A model generated the notes under the pieces. It made no database searches. It saw nothing but the letters and a program-made list of their open reading frames with translations, and was not told where the DNA came from. Position numbers and translations under genes: made by a program. DNA of 32,000 nucleotides from Promethearchaeota archaeon (lineage in GTDB: Archaea; Asgardarchaeota; Lokiarchaeia; Sigyniarchaeales; Promethearchaeaceae), in NCBI GenBank assembly GCA_016933055.1, contig JAFGBS010000008.1, positions 150,001-182,000 on the forward strand, written 5' to 3'. This document shows positions 1 through 9,877 of this stretch, one piece after another; the first letter of the stretch is position 1; every line of letters begins with the position of its first letter.

Positions 1-2
1 AA

Positions 3-248
3 ATGCGGCCCAGTGATGGAGTCGTAATTCAGCTATCATCAATATTAGTGCTTTTTCTTGCAACCTTATTCGGATTTCCGATTTCTGGCTCCCATGTGCT
101 AATTTTTGCAATTCTTGGAGCTGCGTACGTCAAGGGTGAACGATCGGATAGAAAATCATTTAGAAAGATGATCTTAAGTTGGATTATAACTTTTCCAGTA
201 GCAGCTTTATTGTCAGCAGTATTATACGGGATTTTTTTATTGTTCTAA
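3..248 (+). CDS. Inorganic phosphate transporter (PiT/Pho4 family), C-terminal fragment truncated by the window edge
   Basis: LATLFGFPISGSH..FAILG resembles the PiT C-terminal G-x-P-V-S-T-T-H signature, followed by SWIITFP (W-x-x-T-x-P) and a final TM helix. The ORF runs in from the window start, so the listed Met is internal. Confidence 0.75.
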   Translation: MRPSDGVVIQLSSILVLFLATLFGFPISGSHVLIFAILGAAYVKGERSDRKSFRKMILSWIITFPVAALLSAVLYGIFLLF

Positions 249-604
249 TGTCGATGATGTCCATCAGGATGAGCAATATTCACTCCGCTTTTGAGTGTTC
301 CATCAAGAATCTTATTAATTGTATTATCTACTGGGCCTGTAGCACCTAAAATCACTTCAATACCATACTGTTCAAAATTTTGAATAGCTCGCCCCCCCAT
401 CCCCCCGGATACAATCACATTCGCTCCTTGATCATACAAAAATTTTGGCACGGAACCAGGTTCATGCTGAATCGCACCAGGATTAGCAATGATTTCTTTT
501 TTCAAAATTGTACCATTATCAATTTCTACGAGAGTAAATGATGGGCAACGACCAAAATGAACTGCAACTTGGTCTCCTTCAGTAGGTATGGCATATTTTT
601 TAAT
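245..604 (-). CDS. NifB/NifX (dinitrogenase Fe-Mo cofactor biosynthesis) family protein with His-rich tail
   Basis: The frame extends upstream of the listed ORF as IKKYAIPTEGDQVAVHFGRCPSFTLVEI, then ANP...VIVSGGMGGRA...GIEVILGA, a typical NifX-like motif set. There is no ATG/GTG in frame before the TGA at 617-619; the only near-standard codon is an internal TTG at 505, which would remove the HFGRC motif. The start is inferred at ATT 604 (or ATA 610) downstream of GGTGAG. Confidence 0.8.
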   Translation of the reverse strand: MKKYAIPTEGDQVAVHFGRCPSFTLVEIDNGTILKKEIIANPGAIQHEPGSVPKFLYDQGANVIVSGGMGGRAIQNFEQYGIEVILGATGPVDNTINKILDGTLKSGVNIAHPDGHHRH

Positions 605-835
605 CGGTATTTTATCTCACCTATTAGGTGTAAAAATACACTGGATATTATAAAATCTCTTTTCCTTGTATATTCATAAACATCCTTTGAAAACAGTTAG
701 TGCATCGACATTAAATACAATTAAGGTTATTTAGACTAAGTTTACCCCAAAATAAAACCTATTCAATTTTCTATATAAATTAGCCCTTTAAACAGAATTA
801 TATGGTACATTTAGGATTTGAAAGATTCTAATCGA

Positions 836-1651
836 TTATATTATTTCTTTTCCCACATTTCGATTCTTTTTATCTTGTAGCATTTTATGTAGTTCTTCAT
901 TAATATCTTCTCTATCAGATTCCTTTCCCTGCTTTACTGTAAAAAACCCAGCAATTGCAGCTCCAATCATGCTGGCGATCGAAAGGAAATACCCCCAAGT
1001 ATAATAAATCCCAGTAATTGATCCATAAATCGAAGAAATCATTAAGAAAACGAAAACAAGTACTATACAACTGTAAAACACCAATCCTGCAATTATTCTA
1101 TGTTGCATGAACCTGTTTCGAATGAATGTATAAATCTTGTATGAGTTTATCATATAGTATAGGGAAGTAGCTAAAACGTACAGAAAAACCAAAATAAATT
1201 TTAATGGATAAAGAAACAAGGGTTCACCATTTATACCATAGCGAGGGATGGTAAGCACAATAAGGAACAAAGCAATAGTCGATATTTGGGCAAAAGAACG
1301 ATAATTTTTACTCTTTGGGGGGAATAAATGCCATGCAACCTCCGATTGCCAATATAGACTTAAAGCTATTAAGCTTAACGAAAAGGACCAGTTTGTGAAC
1401 AATCCTAATTCTGTTTTATCTAGATCATATGACCCATTAACATAAGTTAGAGTTTTTCCTACAATCGATCCCAGAATTGCAAGGTTATAACAGATGAAGA
1501 AACGTGTCATAATTAATAACTGCTTTTTCTGATTCTTCCGATAACGGAAATAAATCATCCCTGTTATAACAAAACCCAGTATGAATACAATAGATTCTAG
1601 AATAATTGCTAACATAATTCTTGTATCTGGAAATATACCTTGTAATATCAT
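836..1651 (-). CDS. Seven-TM integral membrane protein, stand-alone (HisKA_7TM-like sensor fold possible)
   Basis: Seven hydrophobic segments counted by eye, a basic loop after TM1 (YRKNQKK) and a charged cytoplasmic tail. No kinase domain and no Schiff-base Lys in TM7. Confidence 0.6.
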   Translation of the reverse strand: MILQGIFPDTRIMLAIILESIVFILGFVITGMIYFRYRKNQKKQLLIMTRFFICYNLAILGSIVGKTLTYVNGSYDLDKTELGLFTNWSFSLSLIALSLYWQSEVAWHLFPPKSKNYRSFAQISTIALFLIVLTIPRYGINGEPLFLYPLKFILVFLYVLATSLYYMINSYKIYTFIRNRFMQHRIIAGLVFYSCIVLVFVFLMISSIYGSITGIYYTWGYFLSIASMIGAAIAGFFTVKQGKESDREDINEELHKMLQDKKNRNVGKEII

Positions 1652-1694
1652 TGTGGTTTCACACGGCTACTTAATTACTTAATTCAAAGTACAC

Positions 1695-3278
1695 CTATGT
1701 ATATTCTTGCAATACGAGAGGAATGTACTTCAGCAAATCAGAACTCTTCATTGGTAATGGTTTTTGATTTTTAATTATTCCTTTATGATAGGATTGGGTG
1801 GGATGCTGATAATATTCTCCTAATTTACCATTCAAAAACGCACTGCAGCAAGCTGCATCATAAAGATCAAGTTTCACTGCAATCAATGACGCCACAATTC
1901 CTGTAAGGATGTCTCCTGTGCCTCCTACAGCCATTTCAGGAGTACCTGTTCTATTTATTCGGGTTTGTTTTCCATTTGAAATGTAATCATAACGCCCTTT
2001 AACAAGAAATACACCTCCAAATGAATTGATTGTTTTTTCTAAGAGATGGATATTTTTTAGAAAATGAGTTTGTAATGGTAGTTTTTTTCCTGTTAGTTCA
2101 AAAAATTCGTGTAAATGTGGGGTGAGAACAGCTCTAATTGTTTTTAATAGAGGTTTATGGGATTTCAGTAATTTGAGTGCATCGGCATCAATTACGACTG
2201 GTTTATCGGATTCTTTTATAGATAACAAGATCTCTGGAAACACTTCTTCAGTTTTAGGGTCTGTTCCTAAACCGGGACCAATCACGACGCAATCGGCTTG
2301 TATAAGAAATTTCTTTATTTCTGGAATATCTTGTTTACAAATATTATTCTCAAACCCAGATTTTACAATCAAGTTCGGAGAGTAGGAGCGAATTACATCT
2401 GAAACTGATTTTGGTGCATAAACATACACTAAATCCATACCCATCTGCAATGCAGCCATTGCTGAAAGAGCAGGTGCTCCTGAATATTGGTTGGATCCAC
2501 CAATAATAAGTACTCTTCCAAACTGTCCCTTATGAATAAATTCGGTACGCTTTGGCATATTGAATTTCACATCCCCGCTCCCAACAAATAGATCAGATTC
2601 CATAGGTATACCAATGGAATTTACGATAATTTCTTTTACTGGAAGATTAACGAATCCAACTTTTTCTCTATGAAAGGTAATCAATAAATCGGCATCAATT
2701 ACAATATCAGCTCGACTTCCACTATTTGGATCGAAACCTGATGGCAAATCAATGGATATTATTTTTGCAGAACTATCCTTAAAAGTATTAACAAATTCCA
2801 TAGCAGACCGAATAGGATCTCGAACTTTACCTTTTATTCCCGTTCCTAACAAACAATCAACAACAATTTTAAATTTAGCACAATTCTCCTTTAATTCTTT
2901 GGGCAATGATTCAAAGTAAGAAGAATCTTTTACTACTTCCTTATGCAAATTCAAATGTAACGATTCTAAGATATTCCAGTTTTGTTTTGCTTCAGCCGTT
3001 CTTATATTCTCGATTTGTCCGATTAGTAATACACTAACATTAATTTGATTTGTAAGTAAATGTCGTGCAATAACAAATCCATCACCCCCATTATTTCCCG
3101 TACCACAAAGAATTAATACATGGTGCCCCTTTTGTAATCGATATTTCCGTACTATTGTTTGAGTAGCTGAATATCCAGCGCATTCCATAAGCATTGCTGG
3201 TTGAATCCCATAATCTCTGGAATTTTCATCGAGTATTTGCATTTCTTTAACTGAAATCTCACGATCAAAATCACGCAT
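1695..3278 (-). CDS. nnr: Bifunctional NAD(P)H-hydrate epimerase/dehydratase (YjeF_N + YjeF_C)
   Basis: LMECAG, CGTGNNGGDG, DCLLGTG, IDLPSG, GRVLIIGGS..YSGAP, GPGLG, DADAL, TPH, GGTGDILTG motifs. Confidence 0.95.
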   Translation of the reverse strand: MRDFDREISVKEMQILDENSRDYGIQPAMLMECAGYSATQTIVRKYRLQKGHHVLILCGTGNNGGDGFVIARHLLTNQINVSVLLIGQIENIRTAEAKQNWNILESLHLNLHKEVVKDSSYFESLPKELKENCAKFKIVVDCLLGTGIKGKVRDPIRSAMEFVNTFKDSSAKIISIDLPSGFDPNSGSRADIVIDADLLITFHREKVGFVNLPVKEIIVNSIGIPMESDLFVGSGDVKFNMPKRTEFIHKGQFGRVLIIGGSNQYSGAPALSAMAALQMGMDLVYVYAPKSVSDVIRSYSPNLIVKSGFENNICKQDIPEIKKFLIQADCVVIGPGLGTDPKTEEVFPEILLSIKESDKPVVIDADALKLLKSHKPLLKTIRAVLTPHLHEFFELTGKKLPLQTHFLKNIHLLEKTINSFGGVFLVKGRYDYISNGKQTRINRTGTPEMAVGGTGDILTGIVASLIAVKLDLYDAACCSAFLNGKLGEYYQHPTQSYHKGIIKNQKPLPMKSSDLLKYIPLVLQEYT

Positions 3279-3310
3279 GATAAATAGAATGTTAAATAGA
3301 ATGATAAATA
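3277..3310. repeat. 12-bp tandem direct repeat (ATG[A/T]TAAATAGA x2 plus partial third copy) in the nnr / Zn-finger divergent promoter
   Basis: ATGATAAATAGA ATGTTAAATAGA ATGATAAATA read directly. Confidence 0.5.
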
Positions 3311-3341
3311 TTTTTTAGTTCAACAGAAAGGTAATAAAATA

Positions 3342-3770
3342 ATGGACTTCTCAGATAAAAGTGAAAACAGCCCAGAAAAATGTATGATCTGCATGGATCC
3401 TGCATGGATCCATATATCCATAATCGAGAATAAAGAAAAAACAGATAAATTTGTATGCGTTTCTCATTATATCGTATTTCTGAAGCAATTTTTATCTGAT
3501 GAGTTAGATGAATCCATCATTTTATTTACACAAAACTCAAAAATGCTAGAAATCCCATTATATGAAGCTATGGAACGCTTTGGAGGATTAAATGAGAGAG
3601 TTTTACTGGAAAATTATATTACTTTTCTAGAAAATAAAATCCAGATAATTGACGAGGAATTATCAGGAGCAGGGGATCTGTTTTTTAAAACTTTGCTCAA
3701 AAATGAAAAACAAGATAAACTTTTACGATTATTGCTTGCTAAAGCCCGAATTAAGTGTCTTGAGCTTTAA
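3342..3770 (+). CDS. Hypothetical protein with N-terminal CxxC...CxxH Zn finger (McsA-N-like) and helical C-terminus
   Basis: KCMICMDPAWIHISIIENKEKTDKFVCVSH; amphipathic Leu-rich C-terminal helices. Confidence 0.6.
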   Translation: MDFSDKSENSPEKCMICMDPAWIHISIIENKEKTDKFVCVSHYIVFLKQFLSDELDESIILFTQNSKMLEIPLYEAMERFGGLNERVLLENYITFLENKIQIIDEELSGAGDLFFKTLLKNEKQDKLLRLLLAKARIKCLEL

Positions 3771-3853
3771 ATTTGACCCTTATCCATCTTGTTGTACACG
3801 CAATCGAAAAAATTTAAAACTTGATTTAATCAAAGGATACCTTTTATGTGAAA

Positions 3854-6013
3854 TCATCGCTTCCTGCGATACAGAAAGGGAGTTTGGACTTCTGAAGGAA
3901 TAGCAAACTGTAAATTGCTGTAGGTTTCTTCTATTTCTATAACCTTGAATTCGTAACCATCTGCGACAAAAAACTTGGAGAAAAATTCATAGAAATGCAA
4001 TCTCAGTGTATGAATCATAACGATCGTCGTCTCTAATACAATAACAAATGTATTCCCAAATATAATTACTATAATTTCTATAATTCTCCTCAAAATCCCT
4101 GGACCTGATACTGCATAGGAAATTTCAGATACAACTAGCATCAATCCTACATGTGCCATTTCTAGTGCTAAAATACGAATAAAGGAAGCGACATTGCTGA
4201 TAATTGACAGCATAGTTTCTCCAAGATCCATTGAAGCATGACCAACTATATCCCCATAACTTTTCTTTTTCAGATAAGAAGCCAAACCAAATGTTTTGCC
4301 TAGTACTTGTATTATAATAAACAATAAGGAGGGTATTATCACTAATAAAATAGGGTATGGTGGAGAAAACCAGGCATTGATATCAAATCCATATTTAAAA
4401 ATAACAATTGTCCCTCCAATAAGGATCAAGATCTTAAACAGACATTCACTAAATGCAAGATATTTCTTTTTATTGATTGCATAATTCATACCACGAATGA
4501 AAAAACCTAATGATAAGGTAACCACTCCGACGATGATTGACATTTTAACTATTGCCATAACACCCCCCTCGTCCATAATACGGACGTATAAGGGGATAAT
4601 ATTTTCTAAACTAGTTATTTCAATATCAGCACCAAAGGACTCTCCATACACCAATCCCCCAAAAACAGCTCCTATCCCACAATAAAAAATCAACCATAAA
4701 AACGCACTCTTTCCTTTATTTTTTCTCATGATTAACGCTCCAAGCATTCCAAATACCATCAAGCACAGACCGTGACCTACATCACCAAACATCAGACCAA
4801 AAATTATGGGAAATGTAAAAAGTAGTACAATACTAGGATCAACTTCTGAATAATTAGTAATTCCATATAATTTTATTAAATTCTGATATGGTTTCAACAA
4901 AGGATTTAAGTTTAACAACGAGGGTGGAACTACAGTTTCATGTTCTGGTTCTTCAACCTTCCCATGATGTTCTAAATATGGATCCATTCTCTGAATTTTT
5001 CGGGATTCGATTTTGATATTATTTCCGAATTGATTTTCCAATGCAGCAACCACCCGTTTCTCAATACTAGATGGAACAAATCCCTCAATTTTGTAGGTGT
5101 TATGGGATGGAGTTTGTTGAATTTCTTTTTCAATTTCAATTAATTGGCGTATGTTCTCCAAGGTCTCATAATATGCCATAATAGTTTGAGGTAATGTGTT
5201 TAATTGCTCTTGATATAAGGAATAAAAATGATTGCGTTTAATTAGTTCGGAATCATGATCTTCTTGAACTTGTTCCATGTGAATACCCTCTTCGTCAATG
5301 TATTTCTTTGAAATTTGTACCTTGTGACAATTGTACGATAGGAATAAATCATGGAATAATTTATAATACTCTGTCTCATAAAAAACAAAAAATCCCACCA
5401 TTTGTTCAGAAATTGGTTCACCGTAAATAACAATTGGAGAGTTGAGTTGTTGTATAGAATCGGATAACATTTTATATTGGTTACTACTTGCAGTATATAA
5501 TTCAAATTGCAATCTTTTGAAATCCGCATCAGTATAGGACTCACCCCCGAATTTTGCAATTATGTTAAGTAAGCTTGCGGTTTCCGCTAAATTTTCAAGG
5601 TGTTCATCTACAGATTCTAATTCTTTGGCCATGTTCTCCAATCGACGATAATTGAAATCAACTCGAGCTTGAAGATCATTGAGAATTTCATCCAATGAGA
5701 TATAATTGAAATCAATCCTATTCTCTTTTTTAGGAGGTTTTATATTTTCTGAAGCTACTCCAATTTGTCCAAAGATATCGTCCAAGTACGTTTGCACTAA
5801 GGTTATTTTTTCTAAGCGTTTTTTGTAATCCTCTTCGGAAAAAATAGTAAAACTTTTTCTTGGGCTCTCTTCTGATTCTCTAGTAATTGAACTATCTATG
5901 GGATTTTTTGTATGAAAATATTTGATTTGAATTAAATCACTTAATAAATTTGGAAGACATTCCTTTTTGATATAAAGACTGAGTAAACTCATCTTCACTG
6001 GTCGTAACATCAA
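3854..6013 (-). CDS. atpI: A/V-type ATP synthase subunit I (a)
   Basis: Long soluble coiled N-terminus, YSEVDPS, FPIIFGLMFGDVGHG, essential Arg in SFIRILAL, HTLRLHFYEFFSKFF. Confidence 0.95.
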   Translation of the reverse strand: MMLRPVKMSLLSLYIKKECLPNLLSDLIQIKYFHTKNPIDSSITRESEESPRKSFTIFSEEDYKKRLEKITLVQTYLDDIFGQIGVASENIKPPKKENRIDFNYISLDEILNDLQARVDFNYRRLENMAKELESVDEHLENLAETASLLNIIAKFGGESYTDADFKRLQFELYTASSNQYKMLSDSIQQLNSPIVIYGEPISEQMVGFFVFYETEYYKLFHDLFLSYNCHKVQISKKYIDEEGIHMEQVQEDHDSELIKRNHFYSLYQEQLNTLPQTIMAYYETLENIRQLIEIEKEIQQTPSHNTYKIEGFVPSSIEKRVVAALENQFGNNIKIESRKIQRMDPYLEHHGKVEEPEHETVVPPSLLNLNPLLKPYQNLIKLYGITNYSEVDPSIVLLFTFPIIFGLMFGDVGHGLCLMVFGMLGALIMRKNKGKSAFLWLIFYCGIGAVFGGLVYGESFGADIEITSLENIIPLYVRIMDEGGVMAIVKMSIIVGVVTLSLGFFIRGMNYAINKKKYLAFSECLFKILILIGGTIVIFKYGFDINAWFSPPYPILLVIIPSLLFIIIQVLGKTFGLASYLKKKSYGDIVGHASMDLGETMLSIISNVASFIRILALEMAHVGLMLVVSEISYAVSGPGILRRIIEIIVIIFGNTFVIVLETTIVMIHTLRLHFYEFFSKFFVADGYEFKVIEIEETYSNLQFAIPSEVQTPFLYRRKR

Positions 6014-6660
6014 TCTGTCTTCTCCTTTTCAAGTTTGTTTTTGATTTTTTTCAACCGTATAAATTCCTCTCTCTCTAAATCATCCAATATTTCATCAATG
6101 TAATGGATTTCATCCTCAAGTCTAGGAATGATAATATCTTCTAATGCATTTATACGACGTTGGATTTTTTGGTAATTGAATGCAAAATGATAGACGATAT
6201 AATCAAATTCCGCTAAAATTATGATTTCTTTGAGTAAATCTTTTACTTGGTCAATTGTATCATCAAATGCTATTGGAGTATCTTGAAAGCTATAGGAGGG
6301 GAGTTTCTCTTTCTCTAAGATATCTAAACGGATCGAGGGAGTATAAATCCCTAAATATTGCTTAAATGTAACATTTACCGAAGGTTCGTAATGGATTTTA
6401 TTGATCTCTGCTATAGTCTGAATTCGGCGTTTGCCGTAGTGCATATAGGATTGTAATAATTTTTGATAGGCTTTTTTAACCTTATCTCGGGTTATTTTGC
6501 GTTGTGCAAAGTAAAATTTCATGTTCTCTTTAAGATACTCCAAAAATTGCTGGCGTTTTATCTCAAGTAGATGTTTTCCTCGGTCAGTAAATTCCTTTCG
6601 ATCCTCTAATTTTTGTAAATTGGGTCGAGTCGGTCGAACTTTTCGAAATCCTAATGACAT
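6010..6660 (-). CDS. atpD: A/V-type ATP synthase subunit D
   Basis: VRPTRPNL, LLEIKR, KIQRRINALEDIIIP, LDDLEREEFIRLKKIK. Confidence 0.95.
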   Translation of the reverse strand: MSLGFRKVRPTRPNLQKLEDRKEFTDRGKHLLEIKRQQFLEYLKENMKFYFAQRKITRDKVKKAYQKLLQSYMHYGKRRIQTIAEINKIHYEPSVNVTFKQYLGIYTPSIRLDILEKEKLPSYSFQDTPIAFDDTIDQVKDLLKEIIILAEFDYIVYHFAFNYQKIQRRINALEDIIIPRLEDEIHYIDEILDDLEREEFIRLKKIKNKLEKEKTD

Positions 6661-6666
6661 ATAGTG

Positions 6667-8079
6667 TTATCTTCCCCATAATTTCTCTTTTATTCGTGCA
6701 TCTTCTATATAATATTTATCCAAAATTTCTGGACTGATTCGTAAAATATTCCTTTTCGGTACAGTGGACACTAGATCCCATGCCAAATCTAGCGTTGTGA
6801 TTACATCACGCTCTTCATCGAATTTTTGATTCATGAAATACTGTTCGAATGATTTACCAAAATTCAGTATTCTTTTATCTAGCGAAGTTAAACTCTCTTC
6901 TCCAATAATCGATTCGAGTTCCTTAATTTCCAAGCTCTGTGCGTATAACGAATACAATTGACTTGCAATCTCGGAATGATCCTCACGTGTTTTTCCCTCC
7001 CCAACTCCCTCTTTCATTAATCTGGATAAACTCGAAAGGATGTCTATAGGGGGATACACGTTTCTCTTATATAACTCTCTACTTAGAACAATTTGTCCTT
7101 CTGTAATAAAGCCAGTAAGATCGGGGATCGGATGGGTTATATCATCATTAGGCATGGTAATAATAGGTATTTGTGTAATGGAACCCTCCCTACCTTTTAT
7201 CTTACCTGCTCGTTCATATAAAGAAGCTAAATCGCTATACATATATCCAGGGAATCCCTTTCGGCTGGGTATTTCTCCTTTTGCACTGGATAATTCCCTT
7301 AATGCCTCACAATAGTTCGTAATATCAGTCATAATAACCAAAACATGCATATCCAAATCAAAAGCAAAATATTCAGCAACAGTTAGAGCGATTCGTGGAA
7401 TCAAGATTCGTTCAATCGTAGGATCACTAGCGATATTAAGAAATGAAATCACATTTTGCCAGTTACCCGATTCCTTGAATCTTTGTTCGAAATACATTGC
7501 ATCATCTTGAAGTATCCCAATACCCACAAACACAACAACAAAATTCTCCTCGCGAACTTTTGCTTGTTTAACAATTTGAGCTGCCAGTTTATTATGGGAT
7601 AAACCTTGACCTGTAAATATTGGCAATTTCTGGCCTCTCACCAATGTTGTTAACCCATCTATTACCGAAATACCTGTATGAATAACATCAGTTGGATAAG
7701 ATCGGGAATATGGATTGATGGGAGTACCACAAATAGGTCTAACTACCTCAGGTAACAATTCTGGAAATGAATCTGCATTCTTCAATATTTTTGGTCTGCC
7801 TTGTCCATCAAATGTTCTCCCTAACATATCCCGAGAAATACTAATTTGAAACACTTCATCAGAAAACGTTAATTGCGTCCTATCTGTGTCTAAACCAGCC
7901 GTTCCTTGAAATACTTCAATAACCGTAACATTTTCAGAAATCTCCAACACTCTCCCAGTTCGAGCAATGCCGTTTGGATCAATAATATGCACTATTTCTC
8001 CATTCATTACATTATGTTGATGTCGGAGAAAAACCAACGGTCCTTCAATTCCTTGAATATTCGAGTATGTAATTTTCAT
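6667..8079 (-). CDS. atpB: A/V-type ATP synthase subunit B (non-catalytic)
   Basis: GPLVFL, RGQKLPIF, PSRKGFPGYMYSDLASLYERAG, THPIPDLTGFITEGQI, SLSRLM. Start placed at MKITY (8079) behind GGGGA; the ORF-track start at 8103 overlaps atpA. Confidence 0.97.
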   Translation of the reverse strand: MKITYSNIQGIEGPLVFLRHQHNVMNGEIVHIIDPNGIARTGRVLEISENVTVIEVFQGTAGLDTDRTQLTFSDEVFQISISRDMLGRTFDGQGRPKILKNADSFPELLPEVVRPICGTPINPYSRSYPTDVIHTGISVIDGLTTLVRGQKLPIFTGQGLSHNKLAAQIVKQAKVREENFVVVFVGIGILQDDAMYFEQRFKESGNWQNVISFLNIASDPTIERILIPRIALTVAEYFAFDLDMHVLVIMTDITNYCEALRELSSAKGEIPSRKGFPGYMYSDLASLYERAGKIKGREGSITQIPIITMPNDDITHPIPDLTGFITEGQIVLSRELYKRNVYPPIDILSSLSRLMKEGVGEGKTREDHSEIASQLYSLYAQSLEIKELESIIGEESLTSLDKRILNFGKSFEQYFMNQKFDEERDVITTLDLAWDLVSTVPKRNILRISPEILDKYYIEDARIKEKLWGR

Positions 8080-8089
8080 GGAAATCCCC

Positions 8090-9877
8090 CTAGCTTGACT
8101 CATATCTCTCTATGAGCCCTGTAATCTCCCGTTCTAATTTTTTCTGTAACCCTTCAAATTGGTCGACATCCTTATTCTTAATGGATAACCTGGCACGTGA
8201 TATTTCAGTGACGATCCCCAGATTTTCTACCTCAAATAAGGGAATTTCTCTACTAACAACGTCAAGACTCCGAGAATAATAGTCCAGAATAAGATTGATC
8301 AATTTTAGGGATTTTTGTGGCGAACTATAACGATCAATCGGATCAAAGGCATTTTGGATCAAATATACATTCTTTATGAGTTCCGCTACGAATAAGATGA
8401 GTTGTTGTTCTACAGGTAAATTTTCTTTACCTACTAATTGAACAATATTTTGAAGTTCATCACTTCTCGCTAATATTTCCGAAATATCGATTCGACTTTT
8501 TCCCCATCCTTTTCCTAACTTATTCCACCATTCTTCTAAGTGTTCAGAATATAAACTATAAGAATCGGTCCAAGATATAGATGGATAATGCCGGGAATAA
8601 GCTAATTTTGCATCTAATGCCCAAAATGCTTTCACAAACCTACGAGTGGTTTTAGTTACAGGCTCACTGAAATCTCCCGAAGGTGGAGATACAGCACCAA
8701 CCACGGTGATAGAACCCACTCTATCTGGAAATCCTAAGGGATGAACTAATCCAGCTCGTTCATAAAAACTTGCTAATCGAGTGGATAAATAAGCGGGATA
8801 CCCTCCTTCTGCAGGCATTTCTTCTAATCTACCAGATATTTCTCTCAAGGCTTCTGCCCATCTAGTGGTAGAATCTGCGAGAAGTGCCACATCATATCCC
8901 ATATCCCGATAGTATTCTGCAATGGTTAAACCTGAGAATATACTGGCTTCTCGTGCAGAGACGGGCATATTGGATGTATTTGCTATTAACACAGTACGTT
9001 CCATTACGGGTAGGTTTGTGTGTGGATCAATCAAATTTGGAAACTGCTCAAGAACATCTGCCATCTCATTTCCTCGTTCTCCACATCCTACATACACAAT
9101 TATATCCGCATCAGCCCATTTGGCTAAATTATGTTGTATTACTGTCTTTCCCGTACCAAATCCACCTGGAACTGCAACTACGCCCCCTTTTGCCACCGGG
9201 AATAATACATCTATTACTCGCATGCCAGTGATGAGAGGTTCTGTTGGATAAATTCGTTGTCTATAGGGACGAATATTACGTATCGGCCATTTCTGAAATA
9301 ATCCAAATTTCTGTTCAATTTTTCCATTTTTTATTGTATAAATAGTATCTTCAATAGAATACTTTGAGGGTCTTACAATCGTAGTCAAGGTCCCATAGAC
9401 TCCCATCGGTACCATTATTTTATGATTGATAGTATTGGTTTCTTGTACAGTCCCGATTATATCACCTGGTGTAACCTTGGTCCCCTCTTTTACTTTAGGT
9501 TCAAAAATCCAAGACTTTTTCCGATCTAATGCATATGCTTCTTGCTCAATACCGATAAAGTCCCCATATTTCTCCCGTAATAATGGTAAAGTACGCTGGA
9601 TCCCGTCATATATGTTATTCAGTAAACCTGGACCGAGTTCCATAGAAAGTGGTTCTGTTGTGTTTAAAACGGGTTCTCCAACATGTAGTCCTTCTGTATA
9701 CTCATAGCAGGTAGCAATCGATCTATTATCTGTAATTTTGATTATCTCACCAGTTAATTTGCTATGGCCAATTTTAACCAAATCACCGATTTTCTGATAT
9801 TTTAGTCCCTTAATTCCGATTACAGGACCATCAATACTCAAAATAAAACCTTGATCTGATTGTCGACTCATCTTCAT
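8090..9877 (-). CDS. atpA: A/V-type ATP synthase subunit A (catalytic)
   Basis: Walker [55 protein letters not shown]. No intein (595 aa). Confidence 0.98.
   Translation of the reverse strand: MKMSRQSDQGFILSIDGPVIGIKGLKYQKIGDLVKIGHSKLTGEIIKITDNRSIATCYEYTEGLHVGEPVLNTTEPLSMELGPGLLNNIYDGIQRTLPLLREKYGDFIGIEQEAYALDRKKSWIFEPKVKEGTKVTPGDIIGTVQETNTINHKIMVPMGVYGTLTTIVRPSKYSIEDTIYTIKNGKIEQKFGLFQKWPIRNIRPYRQRIYPTEPLITGMRVIDVLFPVAKGGVVAVPGGFGTGKTVIQHNLAKWADADIIVYVGCGERGNEMADVLEQFPNLIDPHTNLPVMERTVLIANTSNMPVSAREASIFSGLTIAEYYRDMGYDVALLADSTTRWAEALREISGRLEEMPAEGGYPAYLSTRLASFYERAGLVHPLGFPDRVGSITVVGAVSPPSGDFSEPVTKTTRRFVKAFWALDAKLAYSRHYPSISWTDSYSLYSEHLEEWWNKLGKGWGKSRIDISEILARSDELQNIVQLVGKENLPVEQQLILFVAELIKNVYLIQNAFDPIDRYSSPQKSLKLINLILDYYSRSLDVVSREIPLFEVENLGIVTEISRARLSIKNKDVDQFEGLQKKLEREITGLIERYESS

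Noticed and set aside
618-630. CACCTA-T-TAGGTG everted palindrome as an operator
   Set aside because: One half is the Shine-Dalgarno of the NifX-like gene; AGGTG is common for that reason. Mentioned only as a side note.
836-1651. Rhodopsin (7 TM)
   Set aside because: No Lys in the middle of TM7 and no DxxxK or helix-C retinal-pocket motifs.
3390-3411. Perfect 11-bp tandem repeat TGCATGGATCC x2 inside the Zn-finger gene
   Set aside because: Only two copies, read in different frames with the ORF intact and the motif sensible; no evidence of phase variation or a CRISPR-like array.
8090-9877. Intein in ATPase subunit A
   Set aside because: Length is the standard ~595 aa and the GKT-VIQ junction is uninterrupted.
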